NCBI GenBank assembly: GCA_036339735.1
Contig: JAYZAL010000088.1
Span: 56,286 to 120,285, forward strand
Length of the DNA stretch: 64,000 nt
Direction of reading: 5' to 3'
Source of the DNA: Candidatus Poribacteria bacterium
Lineage (GTDB): Bacteria > Poribacteria > WGA-4E > UBA9662
This document shows positions 9,817-19,161 of this stretch, one piece after another (the stretch's first letter is position 1; each line of letters starts with the position of its first letter). The position numbers and the translations under genes are program-made. The notes under the pieces were generated by a model. It did not search any database. It worked only from the letters and a program-made list of their open reading frames with translations, and had not been told where the DNA came from.

Positions 9817-10890
9817 CTAGGGATAGTTATATAGATTACCGGTTTCTGATGAAGATTCCGTAGAGCTAGGATCGGTCGTACTTGTCTGATCTAGCTCTGG
9901 TAACTGGTTAGCCGCAAATTCATCCAAAATGCAAGAGACAGTTTCTTCTGAGTACGCTTGTGAGTCGATGCTAGTTTGGTTTGCTTCCCAGGCCATCCGA
10001 GCAGCAGCTTCGAAATACTCAGCATGACGATAGCTATCGAGGATATCAACACCACGGGAGAAAGTACCGTGACCAGTCCAATACACGACATGACGAAATT
10101 GATCAGAATTCTTATCTGGAAGATCCTTCCCTTGGAATAGTCGTAGACTCTGAAACGACAATTCAGGTATACCTGGAGCTTTCTCCATCACCAATCCAAT
10201 TCCACCAACGCTATCGTATATTATCGGTGTCTCTGGTTCATAACCCTTCAAGAAATCATAAAACTTCTCAGGAACACCATGTTCTGATCGAGAAATCAAA
10301 TTTAGAAACTTAGGTTGTAGGTGTACCAAAGCATTAAATTCGTAATCCCCGAGCTGATCAAAAACTAACATATAGTGAAAAAACTCACTGGTGGGTTTAG
10401 GTAGTTTGTTCCCTGTTCTTTCGAGTTCTGAAATGGTTGGAGTACCATACCTCATCCGGTAGTGAACACCATCTGATTCCATTTCTAATATTGTTACGTT
10501 CAGGGAAGGATGTTCTAATCCAACCAAGTCTAATCTGCATCCAGACTTAGTCAACAAGACATGACGACCAACTAGGTTATTGACAGTAATCGCAGCAGGT
10601 AATCTACCACGTGGAGATTCTTCGATAGGTAGCAGGTAATCCGACCCGACTATTTCTGTCATTAGAGCCCCCATGTTACCAGCTGACCCCCATAAATATC
10701 CATTACGATGGGCATGGCTGCCAGCCCAGCCCATCTGCCCGATCAATGTTCCGATCTCGCTATCAACTCCAATGGGAGCCAAAGTCGGTTGGTATCCTCG
10801 CTCTAGCCACTTTCGATAGCGATAGCTTTGGGCAACAGGAGGGAACTTCTCTTGTGTCAAATAAGGATTGGTTAAACCCGCTGTACTCAT
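9817..10890 (-). CDS. class II aldolase/adducin-family domain protein (divergent; N- and C-terminal extensions)
   Basis: 357 aa. Its motifs align to FucA-type class II aldolases. The phosphate-binding segment WGSAGNMG matches GTAGNVS. SEFFHYMLVFDQLGDYEFNALVHLQP matches SEWRFHMAAYQSRPDANAVVHNHAV, with the second zinc His replaced by Gln. HVVYWTGHGTF matches LLQHHGLI. It ends in an S/T/E-rich low-complexity tail. Confidence 0.55.
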   Translation of the reverse strand: MSTAGLTNPYLTQEKFPPVAQSYRYRKWLERGYQPTLAPIGVDSEIGTLIGQMGWAGSHAHRNGYLWGSAGNMGALMTEIVGSDYLLPIEESPRGRLPAAITVNNLVGRHVLLTKSGCRLDLVGLEHPSLNVTILEMESDGVHYRMRYGTPTISELERTGNKLPKPTSEFFHYMLVFDQLGDYEFNALVHLQPKFLNLISRSEHGVPEKFYDFLKGYEPETPIIYDSVGGIGLVMEKAPGIPELSFQSLRLFQGKDLPDKNSDQFRHVVYWTGHGTFSRGVDILDSYRHAEYFEAAARMAWEANQTSIDSQAYSEETVSCILDEFAANQLPELDQTSTTDPSSTESSSETGNLYNYP

Positions 10891-10903
10891 CCTACTTTTT
10901 TCT

Positions 10904-11191
10904 CTACTTCTTATAAATGATTTGGCCCTCTATTTCGACCATATCCACGATTGCCATAACTACCGAATCTATCGGTTTCCCACTCGTTGAATCGGTATAT
11001 CGAGCGGAACTACCCGCTGCAGTCAAAACCATTTCGCCAATACCAGCTCCCACAGCATCCATTGCAACTGTGTATTGACGTACTAAATGACCGTCTATAT
11101 CAACTGACTGAACAATCATCAATTTGCTACCGATTAGTTTCTCATCTTTCCGAGTGGCAACTAGCGTGCCAACCACCTTTCCCAACGTCAT
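10904..11191 (-). CDS. EutN/CcmL/PduN-family bacterial microcompartment vertex (BMC-P pentamer) protein
   Basis: 95 aa. Aligns along its full length with E. coli EutN. KLMIVQSVDIDG...VAMDAVGAGIGEMVLTAAGSSAR...IDSVVMAIVDMVEIEGQIIYKK matches KLLMVEMIDPQG...VAIDNIGAGTGEWVLLVSGSSAR...VDLCVIGIVDEV..GGQVIF.K. Confidence 0.8.
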   Translation of the reverse strand: MTLGKVVGTLVATRKDEKLIGSKLMIVQSVDIDGHLVRQYTVAMDAVGAGIGEMVLTAAGSSARYTDSTSGKPIDSVVMAIVDMVEIEGQIIYKK

Positions 11192-11923
11192 CTAAATGCT
11201 CTTTTTTCATTGAATAGGCTGTTATGGTAAACTGAAATACAGATCAAAGTCAAGCTTACAATTTGGGTATTCTTCCTCTACATCTTGTTAATCAACATAA
11301 TTTGATCAGTGGATCATAAGAAATCAGAGAAGTAAGAAATTTCTCATCTTATGAAGTAAATATTCCACTGTACATCTCGGGTCAAAAACAATCGAGAATC
11401 GCTTCACACAACGTTACTTACAAAGTAAATGACGTAAAAATTTTATACTGAAGATATTCAGTTTTTCTTCGCTGACACACAGATTACCTGTATGATTGAT
11501 ACAATTTCGTTATGAATTTTTTATCTAACAAAACCAGTATAGCTCTAGCGTCTCTCGTATAATTTAATATCATTGCGTGAGTTTTCAAAAGAGATTAAAA
11601 ATCTCGGAGCCAATAGCTCAAATACATTTTGTCAGCTTTTATATTCTGAGAAGAATACGTTCAGGTGTGTAATAAGATAGACAAATTAGGTATTGACAAC
11701 TATGAATTACACGGTTCATCGTACTATGCGCAGTTGATCAAATTTTTAGACCTATTTTTCTTAAAGTAGACTGACTTATTGGAATGATTTGAAAACGAAC
11801 ACACCAAAAGAGAATAATAATACACAACTAGATAATACTATTTTATTCGTCCGTTGAACCTTGCTAATCCTGTTCGATTTCATATGATTCGATTATATAG
11901 AGTTGTCAAAAACTGATTCGGTT

Positions 11924-13084
11924 CTAGAAATTAAGCATTATCTGTCGATAAATGTCGACGGCTTGAATTACCTGTTGACATTCCACCCATTCTACTGCCG
12001 AATGGGCTTGGTCTATACTGCCAGGGCCAAGCACAATCGATGGAATACCACGAATGGTAAATTTGCTTGCATCAGTACCATAAGGCACACCAGTAATAGT
12101 TGACTGTCCCAAGATATTTTGACAGGCCCGATGACTAATCTGAACAATTTCCTCATGTTCTTCAGTTTCCATCGCATTATCTAATATGATAGCCTCGACT
12201 GTAGCTTCAAATTCTCTATCTTCATTGGTCATCTGTTCAATTAACTGTTGGAATGGGAATATTGCATCAGATGGTTTCTCTCCGGGTATGGTACGACGGT
12301 CGATCTCAATTACACACTGGTCGGGAACAAAGTTGATTTGCGTTCCTCCTGAAATGAGTCCAATGTTCAATGTTGGGCTCCCAACTAGTGGGTGGTCCTG
12401 GTCATGATATGTAGGAAGAATTTGTTCTTCAATTGCCTTAATTATCTTTGTCATTTGAAGAATAGCATTGACTCCTAAATAAGGCTTAGAACTATGGGCA
12501 GCGACACCTTGTGCTCGGATACGGAATCTGGCTAATCCCTTGTGGCTACGAACCACGGATAAATCAGTTGGTTCAGCTACCACCACTGCGGTAACTGATG
12601 ATTCGTTGGCCAATGCTAAGGCCCCACCAAACCCATTCTCTTCATCGACAACTCCGGCATATTGTATGGTAGAATTTGGCTTAATTCCCGCAATTTTCAG
12701 ATCCTTCATGGCCATCATCATGGCTGCGCCACCCGCCTTAGTATCACAAGATCCTCTACCATACAAGTTTCCTTTTCGGATATGTGGATCAAAAGGTGGT
12801 ATATTCATCATTTCAGCAGATGCTGTATCCATATGACATTCAAAGAGCAAAGTCCGGTCTGAGCGTTTTCCTGGTAAAGTAGCAATCACATTATCTCGGC
12901 CAGGGTAAACAGGTTGTCTTTGGCATGTAATATCTAAATCTGTGAAGAATTTTTCAATGTAGTTAGCTACTTCTACCTCTCCTCTTTGACCACCAGGTAA
13001 ACCAGGATTGACACTCTCAATAGATACTAAATCCTGTAATCTAGCCAAAACTTCGTTACTATGTCTGGACCAAGAGTTATTCAT
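11924..13084 (-). CDS. M20 family metallopeptidase (ArgE/DapE-like deacylase)
   Basis: 386 aa. HMDT metal-binding region, GRGSCDTKAGGAAM, VVDEENG and the overall M20 peptidase/dimerisation layout. Confidence 0.8.
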   Translation of the reverse strand: MNNSWSRHSNEVLARLQDLVSIESVNPGLPGGQRGEVEVANYIEKFFTDLDITCQRQPVYPGRDNVIATLPGKRSDRTLLFECHMDTASAEMMNIPPFDPHIRKGNLYGRGSCDTKAGGAAMMMAMKDLKIAGIKPNSTIQYAGVVDEENGFGGALALANESSVTAVVVAEPTDLSVVRSHKGLARFRIRAQGVAAHSSKPYLGVNAILQMTKIIKAIEEQILPTYHDQDHPLVGSPTLNIGLISGGTQINFVPDQCVIEIDRRTIPGEKPSDAIFPFQQLIEQMTNEDREFEATVEAIILDNAMETEEHEEIVQISHRACQNILGQSTITGVPYGTDASKFTIRGIPSIVLGPGSIDQAHSAVEWVECQQVIQAVDIYRQIMLNF

Positions 13085-13466
13085 AAAATTGACCGATTTT
13101 TGTTCTTCATCCTTGTTAGTATTTCAATGAAGGTTAATTCTAGATCTAGATATGTCTGATTTTGGTCTTATTGGTAGCGTCTGTAGTCTAAAGATATTGA
13201 TAACCAATTCTACGAAAGAAAAACTGAAAGAGCCACTACCAAGAATCTTATCAAACTATTCATACGAATTTCATTACTGTAAAAAGGTCTACTACAGTCC
13301 CCACACTCTGATTAGGCAAAACCTGTTTCGAAAACCTTATCTCTCTGGCTAGACTTAGATTTGGTTCACCATGTTTCCAAATGTATCTTTTGTTTTTCAA
13401 TTTCTTCCGGTTGATCATTTTATTGTAAACGGAATCGTCAAACAGCCTGAGTTTTTTACAATAATT

Positions 13467-14648
13467 TCACTTGTTAATCATATTTATGATCAAGGTAGTC
13501 ACGGATATAAAGCTCAAAACTTGAGACCAATTGACTTGGAACTTTTCTGGTATTTCGACTGTATCTCCAGGAGCAAGCCAAATTTGTCCTGACGACTGAT
13601 TCCTTAGATCGTACACTTCTGATTTACCTTCTTTTCTATAAACTAGGACTTTTCGTCGATTCGCGTATTGATCGATCCCACCAGCTAGAGAAATAGCCTG
13701 ACGAACCGAAACCTGCGTTCGATTGCCTTCAGATGTTACCCGTACTAATTGTGGGCCAGGTTGATTAACACGACCTAAAACGTAGATTGGCTCAATTTTG
13801 AAGGCATTAGGAATATACAGAACATCGTTGGGTAATAAATATACGGAGCCCGATCCATCGTCTGAAAGTGGTAAATCTTGCCAAAATTTTTCGGTAGCAG
13901 AGATCGTTTCAATTTTTCCATTTTGGCGCATAATAATACAATTATGTAGGTCAGCCTTATCATGAATAGGGCCACCGGATTTAGCTAACGCTTGATCAAT
14001 CCGAATCTGTTGTCTAAAAAAAACCGGCCCAGGTTTTTGTACTTCCCCTTGAACCTCGGCTCTTTGTAATAAAGGCACATAAACTAGATCACCTGAATGA
14101 ACTAGGATTTGTTCTCTATCGTTTTCTGTGAAGTCATGAGAGCTGAGTTTTCCTTTATAGATCAAAATTACCGATTCCAAATCAGAGTTAATTAAAGTAC
14201 CTCCACCCAAAGCTATTGCTCTATACAAGTCAGTTTTTTCTTCTAGTCCGATACTATAACGACCTGGATTTTTTACATTTCCTCCTACGTATATTTCATT
14301 CTCTTTTAGAATCGGAGCAACCATGACTACCGGGTTTGTGAGTAGCCCTAGCTGTATCAGGTGATCTCGAATCAGCAAATCTGCCTTTCCTTGGCCTACG
14401 ATCATTATATCGCCACCGAAATAGCTGACTTTTCCATCTGGCTGTACAGTAACAGTTTGATTGAAATCTGGTGAGTCAACAACCACAATTTGCAATTGGT
14501 CATTTGGCTTAATTTGGTAAGTCAGAGAGTCCGAAAAGCAGTAAATCGGTAGAAGAAAAATGAGAAAGTGAAAAACTGGTAAATTCAACGGTAGAATAGT
14601 CGGATTTGAATAGGCAAGTATTAGTCGATCAAAAAATCTCTGGTACAT
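13467..14648 (-). CDS. polysaccharide export protein (Wza-like; Poly_export plus SLBB domains)
   Basis: 393 aa. Signal/TM N-terminus, a YQIKPNDQLQIVVVDSPDFN Poly_export signature, and repeated SLBB-like G..PG.Y motifs. Confidence 0.7.
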   Translation of the reverse strand: MYQRFFDRLILAYSNPTILPLNLPVFHFLIFLLPIYCFSDSLTYQIKPNDQLQIVVVDSPDFNQTVTVQPDGKVSYFGGDIMIVGQGKADLLIRDHLIQLGLLTNPVVMVAPILKENEIYVGGNVKNPGRYSIGLEEKTDLYRAIALGGGTLINSDLESVILIYKGKLSSHDFTENDREQILVHSGDLVYVPLLQRAEVQGEVQKPGPVFFRQQIRIDQALAKSGGPIHDKADLHNCIIMRQNGKIETISATEKFWQDLPLSDDGSGSVYLLPNDVLYIPNAFKIEPIYVLGRVNQPGPQLVRVTSEGNRTQVSVRQAISLAGGIDQYANRRKVLVYRKEGKSEVYDLRNQSSGQIWLAPGDTVEIPEKFQVNWSQVLSFISVTTLIINMINK

Positions 14649-14891
14649 ATGTCGCTAAAACACAGAAAGTCCACAAACGATCTCAGCCAAAATTTTATAT
14701 TTTTTCCAGCCTAATCGAGAGACGATCAATGGTTAATTATCCTCTCATAATCTTTACTATTTTTTTTCAGAAAATTATCTGATTTGAAGTAATTTTTCTA
14801 GCGGTTACCAACTCATTTAATCCAATCTGATCTTAAGCCTTAGCCCTTTAACTAGCCCTCAATTATAACTGAGATTGACTGTTTGGGCAAT

Positions 14892-15872
14892 TCACTTGGG
14901 CCAATTATGACTAACCCAACCAATCAATCCGACCAATGTAGCATAAGTTAGAATAATAAGGTGTAAGCTCAAACCGATCGTTAAGGCCGTTTCAAAAGGA
15001 ATGTGACAAGTAATTAACGCCCATGTGAAGGGAACTTCTATTGTTCCTAAATTCCCTACCGATTGGATTGGTAATAAGTTACAAAGATTTGTAAATGAAA
15101 GTGCAAAAATAATTTCTGAAATAGAAAGATCACTTGCCATAAGATGAATCAAGTAGACTTGGAAACTGAACCTTACGAATAAGCTAAGTATTGATAATAC
15201 CCAAATACCTAATTGTCGCTTCCTGATTTGTGGATTAGTTAATGACGCCCACAGATTATCTAAAACGGGTAAGAACCATCGTGAAACGAGAAAATCCAGT
15301 TTGGTATTGATCAGGAAATTCTCAAGAAAAGATCGTAGAGGAAACATAGGTTTCGAGGCCAAGTTACCTACTATAATTATTATTAAGATGAATACAAAAC
15401 TGCAAAAAATCGGCAAATAAAATAAAAAGACATAAGATAAATTCGCAATACCTGCGAAGAAACTGGTGATTGCTAAAATTACTAAAATTAATGATAGATC
15501 AATTACACTAGCTAAAATCAGAGAAATTACACCACTTGAGCTACCAACTGATTCTTCCTTTTTCATCATGTAAAGATAAGAGAGGTCAGCACTTCTGAAG
15601 GGTAATATATTAGAAAGAAAGGTATGAATGGAAAATATAGGAAAGAGAGCCAAAATTGATCTATCTAACCCCAAAATGGCACTAAATCGACCAGCCTTAG
15701 TTGCAACAAAAAATAGGTAGCAGACAAATCCAATAAATAATGAATAAATAGGCAAATTGTTAAGCTGTTTAATTACCTGATCTAGTTCAATTTTAGTTAC
15801 CAACCAGGCAACAGCTATCAGCGCAATTCCAATTGCTAAAATGACTTTTAGGTAATGTTGTAGCAATTTCAT
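14892..15872 (-). CDS. flippase-like / lysylphosphatidylglycerol-synthase-TM-domain (UPF0104) membrane protein
   Basis: 326 aa with about 8 TM helices and an internal charged loop (MMKKEESVGSSSG), typical of PF03706-like proteins found in polysaccharide loci. Confidence 0.5.
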   Translation of the reverse strand: MKLLQHYLKVILAIGIALIAVAWLVTKIELDQVIKQLNNLPIYSLFIGFVCYLFFVATKAGRFSAILGLDRSILALFPIFSIHTFLSNILPFRSADLSYLYMMKKEESVGSSSGVISLILASVIDLSLILVILAITSFFAGIANLSYVFLFYLPIFCSFVFILIIIIVGNLASKPMFPLRSFLENFLINTKLDFLVSRWFLPVLDNLWASLTNPQIRKRQLGIWVLSILSLFVRFSFQVYLIHLMASDLSISEIIFALSFTNLCNLLPIQSVGNLGTIEVPFTWALITCHIPFETALTIGLSLHLIILTYATLVGLIGWVSHNWPK

Positions 15873-16040
15873 TTTTATTTCTTAGGAAACCAATTTTCTA
15901 ATTTTAGATCTTTCTTCCTGAAAATTATAGTTAGGAAACAGCTAAATCGATAATCAATGATACCAAATTAGATTTTTCATCGTTGTATCTGTCGGAGTTG
16001 ATATCAAAATTAGATAAACAACCTAGATGGAGATGATCAA

Positions 16041-16613
16041 ATGCTTTATCTTAACTCACTAGAGAATTCAGCCCTGAGTAATCCAGAGAATCGTTTTGCT
16101 ATTTGCCGTAAAACGACGGAGGACATGCCAACGATTCCAGAACTGGCACCAACAGAACCACTATATACTTTGTGGCAAGATAAATCGATTGCGTGGACAG
16201 AGTTCAAGAATCGATACTTGCATGAAATGCGGCAGGAGTTTACAAATAAACTAAGTCAGTTGAAAAGGATTGCTGAATACAGTTTAAAAAACGATCTTAC
16301 TCTCCACTCTCCGGAACCTAATGGCCAAAACACCTATCGATCCTTGTTAGGTGGGATTATCGATGGTATTTGGCAAAAAAACCAACAAACTGGACAAATT
16401 ATTGATTTGGCGTTAGCTCCAGCTGTCAAATCTCAACACAGCCCAGAAAACCAGAAAATGATGCGGACCATAGCGGAAAAATGCGACTATTTTTCCGCTA
16501 TTAAACATTGGTCTGGTGGTCCTGTTAGCTGCGAAGGATGTTATTATTTGGATCGACAAGTATTGGTTTGCCCGCCAACTAATCAAGTTGTGGTCAACTA
16601 TCATTGGGTTTAG
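16041..16613 (+). CDS. DUF488-like protein with C-terminal Cys-rich extension
   Basis: 190 aa. PELAPTEPLYTLW...WTEFKNRYLHEMRQ resembles the second half of the YeaO/DUF488 fold (E..PS.EL...F......W.EF...Y..EL). Its 3' end overlaps the convergent gene at 16594 by 20 nt. Confidence 0.4.
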   Translation: MLYLNSLENSALSNPENRFAICRKTTEDMPTIPELAPTEPLYTLWQDKSIAWTEFKNRYLHEMRQEFTNKLSQLKRIAEYSLKNDLTLHSPEPNGQNTYRSLLGGIIDGIWQKNQQTGQIIDLALAPAVKSQHSPENQKMMRTIAEKCDYFSAIKHWSGGPVSCEGCYYLDRQVLVCPPTNQVVVNYHWV

Positions 16614-17403
16614 TCGGTCTTTTTGATTTTATCCGATTATTCAAAAAAAATTCAATAATTGATGGAACGAGATGGTCAACGGAATGACCAGATTCTAATC
16701 TTTGTCGAATTTCTGTCGATGAGATCTCAGTATAACAATCCTCGAGTTCCACTAAGTCTACAAAAGGCACAAAATCTGGCCAATTCAACAAAAAACTACT
16801 AATGTCTTCTTTGTTGAAAGTTGATCGATTTGCGACGACTAAACGGCATTGGCCGAACAATTGTTTCAGTGCCTTATTCGGGTCCTTATAATATTTGGAA
16901 TCAAAAATTCGTACCAAGGTATCGTAACCAATAATAAAATTATATTCGGTAAACTGAGTTAATTCTTGTTTCAGAGCCTTGATCTTATCAATAAAACGAC
17001 CATGACTAGACAGCGCTACAGAATAATTGCTCAAAGGGTCGACATACGCAGCCATCATCCTTAATCGTTCAGACAAAGAGAAACCAAAAACACTTTTGTC
17101 AACATTATTCCTAGCTAATAGGAGAATGATTTCGTCTAGCTGGAATTTTTTATGTGCTAACTTCATCATTTGTTCGTGCGCAATTGTTAGAGGGTTGAAA
17201 GATGCGGAAAAGATTCCTACCTTTTTTAGCTTTATGGTATGATCTCCACTAGCTCTTTTAACCCAACGAATAGTCGGCTCGTCATTTTTGTTGAGAGAAT
17301 TAACCAAATCCTGTAAATGTTCCTCTGTGGGTATGGATAAAGACTCGAAAAATGTATTCATGTTTTCACTATCATTAAAATTTAGAATTGTATTGTTTTT
17401 CAT
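16594..17403 (-). CDS. NadD-like nicotinate/nicotinamide-nucleotide adenylyltransferase-family nucleotidyltransferase with about 60-aa N-terminal extension
   Basis: 269 aa. GIFSASFNPLTIAHEQM matches the (H/T)xGH cytidylyltransferase motif of NadD, and the C-terminal SSTEIRQRL matches the ISST/SxxxIR ATP-binding motif. Confidence 0.65.
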   Translation of the reverse strand: MKNNTILNFNDSENMNTFFESLSIPTEEHLQDLVNSLNKNDEPTIRWVKRASGDHTIKLKKVGIFSASFNPLTIAHEQMMKLAHKKFQLDEIILLLARNNVDKSVFGFSLSERLRMMAAYVDPLSNYSVALSSHGRFIDKIKALKQELTQFTEYNFIIGYDTLVRIFDSKYYKDPNKALKQLFGQCRLVVANRSTFNKEDISSFLLNWPDFVPFVDLVELEDCYTEISSTEIRQRLESGHSVDHLVPSIIEFFLNNRIKSKRPTKPNDS

Positions 17404-17407
17404 TATT

Positions 17408-18007
17408 ATGGTACCAGCATTACTAATTCTAATGCTGTCCTCAGTAGGATGCCAAGCGAAACCAACTCCTAACTCACCAATTACTGTCTCAGGAACTGAT
17501 CAACTAAATCAGAGAATAACTGCTATTGAAACCTGGGTGAATGCACGAAACGAGTCCAATAAAAAAGAGTCGAAGGACCTTGAAATACAACCTGATCAAG
17601 TAACAACAGGCCTAGAAATTCAACTTCAATTAATACAAAAGCAGCTAACGGACCTCAAAAATCAATCGCGATTACTAACGACCTTAGATCAAAATATCAC
17701 CCAAATAGAAAAAAGAACGCAAGCCTTAGAGGAACGGGTGAACTTTATTTTATCAAAAACTGACGCAGGCCAGAAAGTTAGACCACCAGATTGGTTGTAC
17801 AAAACGGTTTGGGAAAAAGAGAATATCGTCTATGCAGTCGGAACCGCTAATAATAAAAAATTAGCAATATTGAATGCCAAGAATAAATTGCGTAATTATT
17901 TTAACCACCAGATTATTGACCAAGTACAGGTGCTAGAAGTTTTTAATCAAGGGCAAGAATTGTATATTTTAGTTGCTAAAAACAAAACAGCTGTCAAAGA
18001 ACCGTGA
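17408..18007 (+). CDS. coiled-coil lipoprotein (hypothetical)
   Basis: Starting at the ATG at 17408 gives MVPALLILMLSSVGCQ, a signal peptide plus lipobox-like Cys, followed by heptad-rich Q/L/E/K coiled-coil sequence. The longer track ORF from 17288 would overlap the divergent gene. Confidence 0.5.
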   Translation: MVPALLILMLSSVGCQAKPTPNSPITVSGTDQLNQRITAIETWVNARNESNKKESKDLEIQPDQVTTGLEIQLQLIQKQLTDLKNQSRLLTTLDQNITQIEKRTQALEERVNFILSKTDAGQKVRPPDWLYKTVWEKENIVYAVGTANNKKLAILNAKNKLRNYFNHQIIDQVQVLEVFNQGQELYILVAKNKTAVKEP

Positions 18008-18045
18008 AACTTCTAATTTAGACTGATTTTAGTAAACCCTAGAGT

Positions 18046-19137
18046 CTAAACGTTAAATCGAATTGTTAGAACATCACCATCTTGTACCACGTATTCCTTA
18101 CCTTCCAAACGAAGTTTCCCAGTTGATTTGGCTTCGCTGAAACCACCCAACTGAACTAGGTCTTTCCAAAATATAGTTTCAGCCCGAATGAATCCACGTG
18201 CTAGGTCGCTATGAATAGCACCAGCAGCTTCTATTGCTGTTGATCCTTTTGGCAAAGTCCATGCTCTAACTTCATTTGGTCCACCAGCGGTCAAAAATGT
18301 AATTAGGCCTAACAATCGGTAAGAAACTTGAATGAATCGACTAAGAGCTGGTTCAGGTAGCCCCATTTCTTCCTGAAATATAACAGCCTCATCTGATTCC
18401 AGTTGAGCAATTTCCATCTCAAGTCGAGCTGACAATGCAAAAATTTCGGTTTCCGACCTTTCAGCATAAGATGAAAAAACACCTTCAATTTTTTCTACTC
18501 GTTCGATTTCATCCTCTGCGATATTTAGAATGATCAGTAATGGCTTTTGAGACAAAAACTGATAACCACGGATCATTTTTTCCTCAACCTCAGAGAAATT
18601 TAACTCCCGAATAGCTGTACCACCTTGTAAGGATTCTTCGCACCTACGTAGCACCTCAAGTTGATTTTGCAGATCGGCGTTGTTTTGAACCCTTAAGTCT
18701 CTTTCTATCCGTTCAATTCGTTTTTCAATAATCTGTAAATCTGCAACAGCAAATTCTAACTCGATTGTTTCGATATCTCTAATTGGATCGATTGAACCGT
18801 CGATGTGTGGCACAGACTCGTCCGCAAATACACGCACAACTTGAGCCAGAGCATCAACTTCTCTTAGGTCCGCGAGAAAACTGGCTTCGAACCCGATTCT
18901 TTCAGAGTCGCCCTTAGAAAGACCCGCCACGTCAATATAGTCAATGGTAGTTGGTGTTACTTTTTTAGGCTTAAAAAGTTCTGCTAACTTTGTCAAACGA
19001 GGATCTGGTACTTGTACGGAATTTACGTTCGAGGATTGGCTAGCAGCGTAATTACCGGTTTCTGCATCCGATCGGGTCAAAGCATTAAAAATGGTAGTCT
19101 TCCCTACGAAAGGTAAACCGACGATACCTACTTTCAT
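18046..19137 (-). CDS. ychF: redox-regulated ribosome-binding ATPase YchF (Obg-like GTPase family)
   Basis: 363 aa. N-terminal G1 motif GLPFVGKTT and a C-terminal TGS domain (YVVQDGDVLTIRFNV). Confidence 0.9.
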   Translation of the reverse strand: MKVGIVGLPFVGKTTIFNALTRSDAETGNYAASQSSNVNSVQVPDPRLTKLAELFKPKKVTPTTIDYIDVAGLSKGDSERIGFEASFLADLREVDALAQVVRVFADESVPHIDGSIDPIRDIETIELEFAVADLQIIEKRIERIERDLRVQNNADLQNQLEVLRRCEESLQGGTAIRELNFSEVEEKMIRGYQFLSQKPLLIILNIAEDEIERVEKIEGVFSSYAERSETEIFALSARLEMEIAQLESDEAVIFQEEMGLPEPALSRFIQVSYRLLGLITFLTAGGPNEVRAWTLPKGSTAIEAAGAIHSDLARGFIRAETIFWKDLVQLGGFSEAKSTGKLRLEGKEYVVQDGDVLTIRFNV

Positions 19138-19161
19138 ATTTATCTTTTCCTGTGTCCTGAA

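Noticed and set aside
11192-11923. Searched the 732-bp spacer for a tRNA or CRISPR repeat
   Set aside because: I could find no cloverleaf-compatible acceptor or T-arm pairing and no GGTTCGAATCC-like T-loop box by eye, and there are no direct repeats with regular spacing. I left it as an unannotated regulatory region.
16041-16613. Considered calling the 190-aa protein a zinc-finger regulator because of its C-terminal CEGCYYLD...C cluster
   Set aside because: There are only three or four Cys with irregular spacing, and the N-terminal half fits the DUF488-like pattern better. I kept the call as a DUF488-like hypothetical.
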